This document shows positions 14,047 to 26,500 of a stretch of 64,000 nt of DNA, piece after piece. The stretch is from Trichodelitschia bisporula (taxonomy: Eukaryota): the NCBI GenBank assembly GCA_010356995.1, contig ML996700.1, positions 434,001 to 498,000 of the forward strand, written 5' to 3'. Position 1 is the first letter of the stretch. Each line of letters opens with the position of its first letter. Under the pieces are notes generated by a model. That model ran no database searches. It was not told where the DNA came from and worked only from the letters and a program-made list of their open reading frames with translations. The position numbers and the translations under genes are program-made.

Positions 14047-14539
14047 GATAGTCTAAGATGGAGCAATGAAGAGAATGAATGGACGTTGCTGGAGTTGAAT
14101 CCAGATTCTGTGCTAGTGCACACCTACCGGTTCTTCCGATGAGCCTTCCGTGCATCCTCCATGTCCTTCTCCGGGTGCTCCAACCTCATCTTCAACTCCT
14201 TCAACAACCCCTCTGCATCCTCTAGCCCCACATAATCACTGCAAGCAAAGATGCAAACACGCACGTTCTCGTCCCTAACCGCAACTTCGACATTCAGCGA
14301 TAGGCTAATATGGAACAATGAACCGAATGAACAGCCGTTGCTGGAGTTGAATCCAGATTCAGTGCCAGTGTGCACCTACTTCGCGTTTCGCAAATCCTCC
14401 ATGGCTTCCCCCGGGTGCTCCAACCTCATCTTCAACTCCTTCATCAACCCTTCTGCCGCTTCCAAACCAATCATTTCACGGTAAGCAAAGATGCCAACAT
14501 CCAGGTTCCCATCCCTAACCGCAACTTCGACATCCAGCG
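14047..14539 (-). repeat. Diverged tandem duplication of NRPS terminal exon plus proximal 3'UTR (two copies, stop-to-stop period 252 bp)
   Basis: Blocks such as CCGGGTGCTCCAACCTCATCTTCAACTCCTTCA, TCCCTAACCGCAACTTCGACAT and CGTTGCTGGAGTTGAATCCAGATTC each occur twice, about 240-252 bp apart. Confidence 0.93.
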
Positions 14540-17500
14540 TTGCCTTTTCCGTTAGCCTCATCGAACCATCTGCTTCAAAATGAGAGCTTACCTGGTACGC
14601 ATTCTCATAGTAATCATCATCCTCATACTCCCAATCACCCTGCAGCTCCTCAGGCACCTGGAACTCGTCATCCCCTTTGTTCTCTACCTCCCTAGAAAAC
14701 CCTTCCCCACTTTCCCCACCCAGGTCTCCAAGAAAGTTTACGGCCGTGTCCACCCTCTTCCTCGTCTCCCCCCTCGTCCTCTTCCAGTTATCCACCTCAC
14801 CCAGCCCAACCAACGACCTACCCCCCTTTCCAATCTCTTCCAACCCATCTTTTATCTGCTCCGCTGGGCCCCATAACTCTCCAGCAAAGACATTCTTCAC
14901 CTTAAGTGACAAAACATTGAAAACCGGCTCCACCGCATCTCCTACACCATCGACATCAAGCGCGCGATTCGCCATCCAAGCACCGATGATAACGTCCGCT
15001 CCACACTTGCGGCGGTCGTAGCCCCCCTCTTGGCGCATCACGCAATGCCCCCAATATACACGCGCCCACGCCGCAAACACTAGATGCTGGATCCCCAATC
15101 CCCGCCGCCTCAGTTCCGGGATCAAACTCTTAATGTCTTTCACCAATCCCGGGTGGAAAACCTCCACTCTCTTGCTCCATTCCTCCGCTTTTGGCAGTAG
15201 CGGCGGCGGCGTGACGTACAAATATTTCGACCACCACTCCATCAGCTCATACCTCTCCCTATTCTTCAACCCCACCAGCGCAGGCTGAACGTACGGCACT
15301 GGCTCCAGCGCCTTGTCGGCAATCAATGCATCTAGCCGCTCCCACAGCCGCGGCAGACTCACCGCGTCATACAGCGCGTGGTGGATCTTCAACGTGGCCA
15401 CCCAGGCCTCATCACCTTGTTCTACGGCCAGAGTCGCGTACGGTTGTTCCTTCCGGTGTCCGAGAGCTGAGGGTGCGGAGCGCAGGACCGCTTGTCCGAT
15501 GGGCAGGTCCCTGTCCCTCTCGATCCCGAAGGTGGCGATGAACACGGTGCGCAGGATGGGGTGCGTAGCCACGAGGGTGGTCCAGGCAGATTGGATCTTG
15601 TCCAGGGGCACGGAGGAGGGGATGGCGTGGGTGAATGTCGGGTAGAAGAAGGCGCCGCGCGAGTGCGACCAGAGGTGCAAGGCGTAAACTTGCCCTGCTG
15701 TGGCTGGGATGATGGATTCAACCTCCTTGGCGGTAAGGCCGGCGTTGGCGAGAGCAGCAGCGGCGATTTCCTCGTCGATGAGCTCGGGGCCGGGGATTGC
15801 GCCGACGGCGAGGGCGGCGCTGGTCCGGGTGTCGATGAGGCGAGCTATGGCACGAAGAGTGTTGGCGCGCAGAAGCTCACTGACGCTGATGGCTAGGCCT
15901 TGCTGCCGGAGGGTGGGGACGATTCTGATGGCGCTGATGGAGTCTAGGCCTAGGGTTAGGATGGAGGACTGCGGCGTTATCTCGGCCTCGGGGACGCCGC
16001 AGAAGGCGGAGAGTACGGCGCGGATTTTGTGTTCGGTGGGTGATAGCGTGGTGCTCTCATACCGGTGCGAGTATGGATCCTTTTTCGGAGCTTTTGCTTC
16101 GGCGGTCTCGGTGGCTTGTCCAATGTCGAAGGCTGGAATGTCGCCGATGCGGATTTTGGTGTCAGTTAGGAAAGTTATGACGTCGTGGTGTGGGTTGCGC
16201 ACGATGCTCGCAAGCGTAGCATCCAGTCGCCTGAGCAGCTCCTCCGTCTGGTCTTCTGTGAAAGTGTCGTCTCTGCACGCCACGCGCCATATCACGGTCC
16301 CGCCCACGGCCTCCATCTCCACGCAAACCGGACACTCGAGCTCCGCGCTTCCGCCAACAGATTTATACAACCCGCCCGGTGCATCATCCTCCTCCGGCCG
16401 CATTTGGTATATAAACAACGAGTTAAACAACCCGGTCCCCTTGGAATCCGCAAACCGCATAGCCTTCCTGAGCGGGAACTGCTGGTACGGCCGCATAGCC
16501 GCAAGCGAATCATGCGTGTAGCGCAGCATGTCGCTCCGGGTACCGAAGATGACGGAGCGGAAGGCGACGGTGTTCATGGTTGGAAAGAGCAGGTCTTGCG
16601 CTCCCTCGGTATCGCGGCCGGAGAGTACAAGGCCGTAGAGTACTTCGAGGCTGTGGGTGAAGCTGGCGAGGACGAGGGTCCAGCTAGTTTGGGCGAGGGA
16701 GTGCATGGTTATGCCTTGTTTCTTGCAGAAGGAGAGGAGCGTGCTGGCGGGGAGCGTGCTGGTCAGGTCTTTTCGGTGGACCTGGGAGCCGGCTGTGGAT
16801 GGCGAGCTGGGGAGGAGGCACGGCTGTGAGCCGGAGAGGTAATCGGACCAGAATGCCGAGGCGAAAGGATCTGATGTGGCGATGACGCTGTCTAGGATGT
16901 TGGCGTTTGATATGCTCTTCATGCCTTTGCCGCGATATGCGTTCTGTACGTCTCTATGGAGAAGGTTGATTGACCATCCATCGTAGAGCGCATGTGGTAT
17001 CGAAAGAATGAGGAAGGCGATAGAGTCTATCCTCACGATGGTAAGCTGTAAATGAGACTTCTCATAAGGTGAGTTCAGAGCGTTCTTCCTAATCTCAGCC
17101 AGCAGCTCCGGGAGAACAGCCTCCGATATGCATGTCGTCTCTCTCCACTCCACAGCTCCGGGTTTCAAGACGACTTGGGCATATGTGCATTCAACGAACG
17201 GACTGCCGACTTGACGGAAGGTTGTCCGAAGAATGGGATGTTCTTCGTAGGCTGCCTGCCATACAGCATGTAGCCGCTCAACATCGACGCCAGGAGCCAG
17301 CTTCATGATATCGTGGTTGTAGTATTTCGTGAAGTCGGAATTGAGCATCTCCGAAAACATGGCTTCTTGGAGCGGAGTTGCAGGATAGACGTCCTCAACG
17401 TCCGGGCCCAGCTGCCCCGTCTGGTCGAGGAATGTCTTGAGGTGCGTTTTCACTTCGGCATTGCGAGACCTAGTTCGTTCTACAGCAGGCAACGCGCCAG

Positions 17501-20500
17501 TTTCGATGTGAGAGGCCATCTTCGCGATTGTCGGATGTTGCATAATTATGCTAACCGGGATGTGGATATTATATTTTTTCAGCCTGGACGACAGGGAAAT
17601 GGCATCGATGCTGTTTAGTCCGAGTTCGAAGATCGAGACGGCATCGGTAACGTCATCCTCGCCCACTCCAGCTAAGATTGCAATCTCCCGTCGTAATGCT
17701 GAAGTTTGCTCCGCCCATTCGATGGGTGACAATGTTTCATCAAGCTGTATGCTTGAAGGGGACGGTTCTTCTGCTCCATTGATGTTGTTTTGCTCAAGGA
17801 AATCCGAGATGGAAGCGGTGGGATCCGAAAGTGCTGCTTTAAGTGCTCGCTGGAAGCGGTCGCAGAGATCCTGTGGGACGTCTCCATGAGTTTCCCGGTC
17901 CGCAACTTCAATCTCTATCTTCAGAGTACTATCAAGTTTGGCCTCAAACGCCAGTGGATAGTCAGTATGTGAGTCCTCTACAACAAGGTCCCACAATTCA
18001 TTGTAGTCGTATCTCGGCTCATTGCTGCCGGGATTTTGAAATTCCTCCGTCAGTCCAAACACGAAGAGCGAATCGAACAGCCTGACGGGCCGGCCGGGCT
18101 TCTTGCACCACTTCAGAATATCACGGAGGGGCGTATGCTGGAACTCATGTGCCGACACATTGAAATCATGACATCTTTGGATCACCGCGCCCCAAGAGTC
18201 ATGTGTCGAAAGCTCGATCTGGAAGGGGATGGTATTGAACATAGGCCCGATGACGCCGCGTGCCTCTAGGAAGAGGATTGATCGTCCATGTGTAACCAAG
18301 CCGAGCGGCACTACGTTCCCATAGTACTTTGATACAGCTGTTACCCAGCAAGCTTGAATAACGGCCTGGTGCGTCACATTGAGGCTTCTCCGAATCTGCT
18401 CCAGGGCCTTGGTATTTGCAATGCGGAGTTCCTTTCTGAGCGATTTGACTTTGTCGGCCGGCATGGTAAATGGTAGCTGGGAGCCACGCCATGGGAGTTT
18501 CGAGGTCCAAAAAGCCCTAGCTGCTCCCGACTCAACTCTGAGAGGTCCGTGGGGAAGAGCGTCCTGAAAACTTGGACCAGTCATACATATCGTACTCCAA
18601 TATCTCTTTCGCACTTGCCCGAGAAGTAGCTCGAGACTGTGGCCATCGTAAAGAGCGTGGAAGATGTTTATGTACAGGATGCGCCGCTCGCCATCGAGAG
18701 ATGTAACAAGAACAAGTTCGAATGGTCGCGGGAAGTCCGATCGGTTTTGATGCCACCAGTTGTTCTTCCGCCCTATGCGTAGTTTTTTGACATTGCGAGG
18801 GCTGGAAACCTGAACTTCGTCCCAGGGAAGCTCCGCAGACTTGAGAGCTACCTGAACGAAACCGTCGTCCGTACGTAGGAATTTGGTACGTAAGATTTGG
18901 CAGGCAGACAGAATGTAGGCCCACGCGGCGCGCAGTTTCGATAGATCCACGCTCGGAAGCAGGTCCAGACCGAATGTACTGAAGTACACTTGCTCATTCC
19001 ATTCAACAGCTTTGGATAGCATGGCCTCCTGCAGTGGCGTGCAAGGAGCTATACCCTCGATGTTGCCCGGCTCAATACCAAATGCATTTGCGGCAGCAAA
19101 CTTGTACCGATGTTGGCTTGCTGCAATACGCTGTCGTGCCATGAGAACCGCATTGCGATACGTGTTCGCCTTACGGGACCTTGCGAGCACTTCAGCAAGA
19201 CTGCGAACTGAGGGGTCTGACACAATAAGCTGCGAAGCATCCACACATCAGCTCACTTACTCTTCATGATGTTGGATGGATGCGCTTGAATAAAGCCAGC
19301 CAGTGTCAAAGCCCGTGCAAAGCTCATAACCGATATTGAGTCCATTCCGAGCTCGAAAAAGTTGGAATCCGGCACCATTTCCACCTTGCCGATCCCAAGA
19401 GCTTGACGGAAGATGGAACATATCTTTTCTTCTTCGGAGCTCAGCGTTCCTGCATCCGCGCCGGCGGACAACTTCTGCAAGTCGCTAAGGGAAAGAGAAC
19501 TGTACAGGGCCTTGAGCGCCACACCATCCACTTTGTTGTTCATGTTGAGAGGTAGGAAGTGGACTGGAATGAAATGCGTCGGCACCATGTAGCCCGGAAG
19601 GCGGGAGTGGCATGCCCATTGAGCTGATTTAATCGCGGCCGCAGTCGCTTCTTCGCCGTCTTCGACGACTGAGAGGGGTTGGGTTCGGTCGTATGGCGGC
19701 CAAAATACGGCGAGAAAGCTAACGAGCTGCTCTCGCTGCTGGCCCGGATGCGTTAGCACATACGTAGCCACATCGTGGATGCTCGGTGCCTCCTTCTTGA
19801 TAACATTGTTGATTTCACCGATTTCAAGTCGCTGTCCACGTAGCTTAACTTGGTCATCGGCTCGTCCACAGAACACAAACGTGCCATCATGCAAAAGCCG
19901 AACAAGGTCACCAGTTCGATAAACCCGAACCCTCTGTCCGAAAAGTTCCAGGAAGGGAAATTTCGCCTGTGTCAGATCCGGACGATTGAGATAGCCCCTT
20001 CCAACCAACTTCCCCGCCACACAGAGTTCGCCAATGGCGCCCCTTAGGACCGGGAGTTTGGAGTCCGGCCGCAAAACGAAGGAACCGACGTTGGGAAACT
20101 GAGCGCCAATATTGGACGGCTTTCCGTGGAACGGTACGCGGGGGTACATCGTGACACCGATCGTGGTCTCGGTCGGCCCGTAGCCGTTGTAGATCGCCTC
20201 CGTCATACCCCAATCATCCAGAATATCTTGCCGGAGCGACTCGCCGCCGGTGATGAATACGCCTTCGCGTAGAGTAGGGACATCATTCGGATGCAGGGTC
20301 GCCGCCAAACTTGGTGTGAGATCGATGTGCGTGATGCCCATGACGTTGATTGCCCGCGGGAGGTCGCCTATGATTAGATCCCTCGGTGCGGAAACAACAC
20401 GGACGCCTTCGGACCAGCTCCAAAATTGCTCGAGCACAGAGACGTCAAAATGGAACGATGCAAACTGGAGCCACTTTGAGTCCTTGTCCCAATGGCCGGC

Positions 20501-23500
20501 AAACATACGTGAGAATGCGCGCATAGCTTGCACGGCATTCTCATGGGTAAGCAGGCAGCCTTTCGGCGTCCCGGTAGTTCCAGAAGTGTACAGGCAGTAG
20601 CAGAGGTCATCCGGGGTAATTTCTCTCGGGAGGATTAGAGGCTCGGCTGATTTCTCTGCCGTTGAGGTCTCATCCAGGTATATGATGGGGATATCGAGCG
20701 TGGCCTCGCCGTTCATTTCCGTGTCTCTGTTCGAATCTATATTCGAAAATTTGTTTCCTTGTCGGTCAGCCGTCAAGATCAAAACCGCCCCGGAGTCTCT
20801 CGCGATAAACGCCTTCCGCGCCAAAGGCGCTGCAGGATCAATAGCCACATATGCACAGCCTGCTTTCAGGATTCCAAGAATGGCAAACGAAGCCTCCGGG
20901 CATTTATCAAAACATATCCCCACAAGAGAGTTAGGGCGAACACCGAGGTCGTGGAGGAGATTGGCGATTCTGTCTCCGGCCGTGTTGAGTTGTCTAAATG
21001 TCCATCTGCGCGCCTCAGCGCCAACATCCGTGATGCTCGTGATGAATTCGAACGCCACTTGGTCGGGGATGGCTACGGCATTCACTTCCACAAATTGGTG
21101 AAGTAGAAGAACGGGAGATGGAAGAATTGGCTCCTTTGCCGGCAAGGCTGAGAGCAACCTGGCGTTACATTCTTTAGGCGGCAATCCGGGTGGCGCATCC
21201 GGGGCCTCCAGAATATGGCAGAGTAAGGCGCCGAATTGTTCGCAAATGATATTAGCTTGCTGCAGCGGAATAATATCCTGTGCAAACGTCACACTAATTG
21301 AGAGATCGTCTCCGGAGGGCCGCAACTCAACGGAAATCGCATACTAGAGGGGTCAGAAGCCGCCCTTAGAACCACTGCCTTGAACCTAAACCGCTTACCT
21401 CAGCGTCTGCCCCTGCGTGGCGAACATACCATGGCCTTCTCCGTGGGGGTTTGGAAAGTTTCTGGAACGCAAAGATGGTATCAAAGAGCACCTCGTTCGC
21501 ACGTCCGGTCCAGCGCTGGATATCTCTTAATGGAATGAACTGGTGGGGCCTTACATCAGCATTGAAGCGCATCATATGCTCCAGTAATTCGCGATTACTT
21601 TTGCACTTGGCCCCTGGAACAGGTATCGTCGTCAAGCATGGCATGGCTACCGTGGCCGCGCTGTCGTCAACATCGCGCCCTGATAGAACCGTCCCAAATA
21701 TGACGTTCTGCTCGCCGTGGTACTCCGCAAGCAAGCTAGCCCACGCAGCCTGTCCGGCGGCTTGAAGTGTGCATCCGGCATCAGAGCACAGCTTCTCAAG
21801 GACGCTAAGCCGCTTGGGCGACTTTCCAGAGGCTCCATCCCGAGCATGGAATGTATCGACGGGGGCAAGGTTAGGGAATCGACGGCAGCCCACGCCTTTG
21901 AGCGCGTCATTCCAACATGCCTTGGCTTTTACCCGCCTGACGTGGTTTTCTTCTGCTCCAATTAGACTGGAGGCCAGTATCGCTTCCAGTGCAGGCCTGA
22001 TAGGAGAAGGAGATGGTAGTGGTTGCATATCCAAAGCAGCCGCAAAGTCGTCAAGAATGATGCGCAAGCTTTCTGCGTCATAGAGCGCATGGAAAATGGC
22101 CAAATGCAAGACAGTTTCGTTTTCGAACTGTTGCACCGCCAATCTCCATGACGGTCGATGTAGATTATTGTAGAGGTCAAGACGCGAATTCCGCAGCCAA
22201 GTTGCCGCGGCCAAGTCCTTTTCTTCGATATTCAGGCTTTGAACCCTGGAGAGCTCATCGGATGAATGGTAGACTATCATCGCAAAAGGGAACTCAGACT
22301 GATCAAGCGGGGCAAAGCCGGTGCGGAGCATCTGATGCTTGTTGCATACAGCCTTCCATGCGTTTTGGATGATCTTCAAGTCGTATTCCACATCCCAAAA
22401 ATTCAAGACCAAATAGTTGACATAGAAAAGTTTGGATCGTAAAAACTCTGAGATGAATCCGATCTGCAAAGGCGTGCATGGCAAAACAGCCTCAATAGCA
22501 TCGGGTGATAAGCTCAAGTCGACGCATATCTGCTGCTTGTGTTGCGTCTCAAAGGCTCCAAGATCAAGGAAGCGCTGTTTGGGTGGCTCTGAAGGGGGGG
22601 GGTTCTCAAGCAGCTGCGCAAGTTCAGTTAAGCTAGGATGCTGCAGGATATCAGCAGCGGATATCTCCACGCCTTCTGACTTGCGAAGCTTTGTTGCAAG
22701 CTGATAGGCGCTGAGACTATCGATCCCCAGGTGGTAGATTGTCGTGCCCGGCTTGACTTTGGAAATCGGGACCCGGGCGAACGTCGACAGTATGTCTCGC
22801 ATCTTCAGCTGCCGAGGTGACAGGGAAACATCCATGCTATTTTCTATGTCCACATCTCGAGTGTCGAGCTGAAGCGATCTCTCGCGCAGATGCCTGCATA
22901 GAGCTTCCGAAGCTTGAGAGTAATCATGGATGGCAGCCGCGGGATACCGATGGCAAGAATCGAGGGCCGAGGAGAATTGCTCGAGCACCTCGATACACTG
23001 GTCTTCGTTGAGCAAGGACCTATTACGTTAGAGCTTAACTCCGTATCAGAGAAACATCTTACGAGTCATAATGCAGACGGAGACGGGCAGTGTCCAACTT
23101 TTTGTTGGGTATTAGCTCAAGAACGATAGGGAGCTGGGGACAGTCAGTCTTAAGGGAATGAAGGAGCAGACGGCGAGCTTACATCCATTGCGCTCCATTC
23201 CTCCTTCAAAGTCCATATTTCGGGAGCTAGTTCGAGAGAGGACGACTGGAGAAGCAGTAGGGTCGAAAATAGTCCCAGGGCCGCGGTCGGGGTACTCTTC
23301 TGAATGGACCGGAGCGGCGTGAGCTGGAAAGGAAGGGTTTGAGCATTGCTTTCCTGAAGTGTTCGGAGCAAATCCATATTTGAGGCATGTATTTTCATGT
23401 TTGCCCGCGTGGGAATGGTGTTGAAGGTGGGCGCCACAAGCCTATTAATGTCGTTGACCTCCGACGTCCGGCCGCTGACGACGTTGCCAAAGCACACATC

Positions 23501-26500
23501 GGGCTCACCAAGCAAAGTGGAGATCGTCTTAGCCCAGGCGGCTTGCATCAAGGTAAGCAAGGACACCGCAATCTCTCTGCATCTGGCCTGCAGCACATGT
23601 AGTGGAATCTCGAGATCTAGCTCAAAGACAGCACTAGACTTCGGGGAGGATGCCCTGAGCAAGCGAGGCGTGAATCCTTCAAGATACTTAGTCCAGAAAG
23701 TCAAGGCTTCCGGTGAGCGCATGTGTGCCATTTGAGAGAGGAATGGTTCATACGGCACTGGAAGTGCGAGGTTTTCATAGCGCAGAGAAGCCTCGACTTC
23801 TTGGAGAAGACAGGATATTGCCGTTGCATCATAGAGGGCATGATGACACCTAAAACTAAAGAACGCCTTATCTCGAGCCTCAATAATAGCGAACGAGTAG
23901 GGCGGCCACATGGAGTCCAGTAAGGCTTCCACCTTGTCAATCGCTCCGGATGTGGCCGCCCTCCAAGCGTCGTCGTCGCCAGATACTCTCAAGCTGGTCC
24001 ATTCCGGTTGGTATGAATCCAGCACCACTTGAGCGAAGGGGTAATGGAGATCCTCTGTGTCAACGAAGACTGTCCTCAGGATATCGTGCCGCGAGACCAT
24101 ATGCTTCCAAGCCGCCCGGATCTGTGCTGGTGAAGGGGATCTCAGCTCAAAGAGCATGACATTCCAGTACGCATTGGACCCCTCTGATCTGCTCGCTGCT
24201 ATCATCACTTCTTGAAGTGGTGTGCAAGGCAAGATCTTATTGAACTTCTTGCCGCCGTCCGTGAGTTTACGTTGAACGTGATCTAGAATTGCTTGGCTGA
24301 GAAAAGGTCTACCTCGGTCCACGGGCGGCAGCTGTCCTGGACCAGACGATAATACTTGGGCAAGCCGCCCAACAGTCGGGTTCTTAAGGATTGTGGAAAC
24401 GGAAATATCGGAAATGCCAACGCGCCTCAAGCTCTGGGAAAGCGAGACGGCAGACAATGAGTCGAGGCCGAGGCTGAAGAAGGATGCACCGCGCTTGATG
24501 TCCTGCGGTGAGATGCCGATCACATCAGCGAGAGCATTCGCAATCTGCCGCTCGGCCTCAGGCCAGTTGGTAAACTCGGAGGATTCCTCGTCCATCTGGC
24601 CAACAAGCTCCAAATATCCAACTGTGAGGCTCTGGTATGCCGTAAGGAGTCTTCGTCGGTCCACCTTACCCTGCTGCGTCATTGGGATTACCGAAACAGG
24701 TATTAGGGCGCTTGGCAGCATGTAGTCCGGCAGTGTCTTGTTAAGTCGCTCATAGAGACCTTTGATGATGCCGGACGGTATTCCGGAAGCATCCAATGTG
24801 GAGAAGTCTGAGCGACTGCTCTCCCGGGGAATCCAGAAAGTAACCAGTCGATCTGTCTTGGAATGGCGGTCCACCGCCACAAGGGTAATGCAGTTCAGCA
24901 CCGCTAGGTCCATGAGAACGTAGGCGTTGATTTCCCCGAGCTCAACACGTTGGCCGCGTACTTTGACCTGGTCGTCCGCACGACGGATGTATATGATGGC
25001 ACCAGAAGTCAGCAGTCGGCCAATGTCCCCGCTCCTGTAGATCCGACCGTGTTTCGGAAGACTGATGATTTTCGAAGCGGTCAAGTCCGGCATATTGAGG
25101 TAGCCCTTGAAAACCTGGTCGCCGCCGAAGCAAAGCTCACCAACTCCCCCTCTCGGGACAAGATCGTCGCTGGACGGATCGAGCACGAACACTGAGGTGT
25201 TCTCTAGGGGTGGTCCAATGTTCCGAATCGAGTCCATATTGGACACCTTTGGATTGACAGTGCAGATGTTGGTCGTCTCTGAGGGGCCATAGCCTTGCCA
25301 AAGTCCTCTTCCCGCCCACATGTCCATGACTTTTTCCGTCACTCCCTCACCAGACGTGACGAGGAATTGAACTGAAGGGACGTTGTTTGGATCTACCAAA
25401 GCGGCAACAGTAGGAGTAAGGCTTAGATGAGTGACACGTAAGCGTCTAATAGCTCTTTCTAAGTCGTCGAACAAGACATCGTTTGTAGCGGAGCAAAGGC
25501 ACATACCAGTGTACCATGCAAAAAATATCTCGAAGACGGAAACATCAAAGGCCTGTGAACAAGATTGGAGAAGACGTCCAGAAGGGTGGGTTGGGTACAT
25601 CTTAGAAAGCACCACGATGTTGCTCATGATGTTTTGCTGTGTGACGAGGACGCCTTTTGGGACGCCAGTACTCCCGGACGTGAAAATTGCGTAGGCAAGA
25701 CCAGTGCTATCAAACACTTGGTCGAGATTGGTGCTCGGATAGGATATAAGATCGATGCTGTCCACCTCTAGAACCCTACACATACAGCTGAGCCCAAGAG
25801 CTACCGATTCCTTAGAGCGGCTGAGGCAAAGGGAAACTCCAGCCTCTTTGATGATTAGGGATATCCTGTTCTGCGGAGTGCCAGGCGTTATCGGAAGATA
25901 GCCTTTGCCGGCCTTTTGGACGGCAAGAATGGAAATGTACAGTTCGACAGATTTCTCCATGCAAATGGCGATGAGTTGGTCTGAGGACTTCGCGTGATGC
26001 TGCAATGCATGTGCAAGGCGATTCGCTCGTGAATTCAGGCCCGAATACATCAAAGTCGATTCGGTCATGAGATCCTCTGAAAGTTCTGGAGCAAAGGCAA
26101 GGGCGATGCTCTCAGGATTTTCCCTAGCATGGACTTCCACAGCGTGGGCGAGGCCAAAATCGATTCGAGGAAGAGAAGGTTCAGGGTTCTCAACCGATAG
26201 GATGTGCTCAGGCATTGCGCGGATAGGCGCATCGAGCGGAGATTCGGCGTGTTCGCAGAAATGGGAGACGAGATGGTCGATCTGCTCAAACAGTAGATCA
26301 ACTTGGGCGGCTGGGAGTAGTCTAGTGTCGTATGTGGCCCGACCCACAATTTCATTGCCGCGAGGCTCGATTTCGACAGTCAGCGGGTTTTCAAGCTGGT
26401 CGAAGCTGTCTACAAGGTGAACGGCGCTCTCCTCCAGATTTTGGCTCTCAAACGTCTCTTGCCACACAAACAGTACGTCCCAAAGCTGGGTGCCTGGGCC

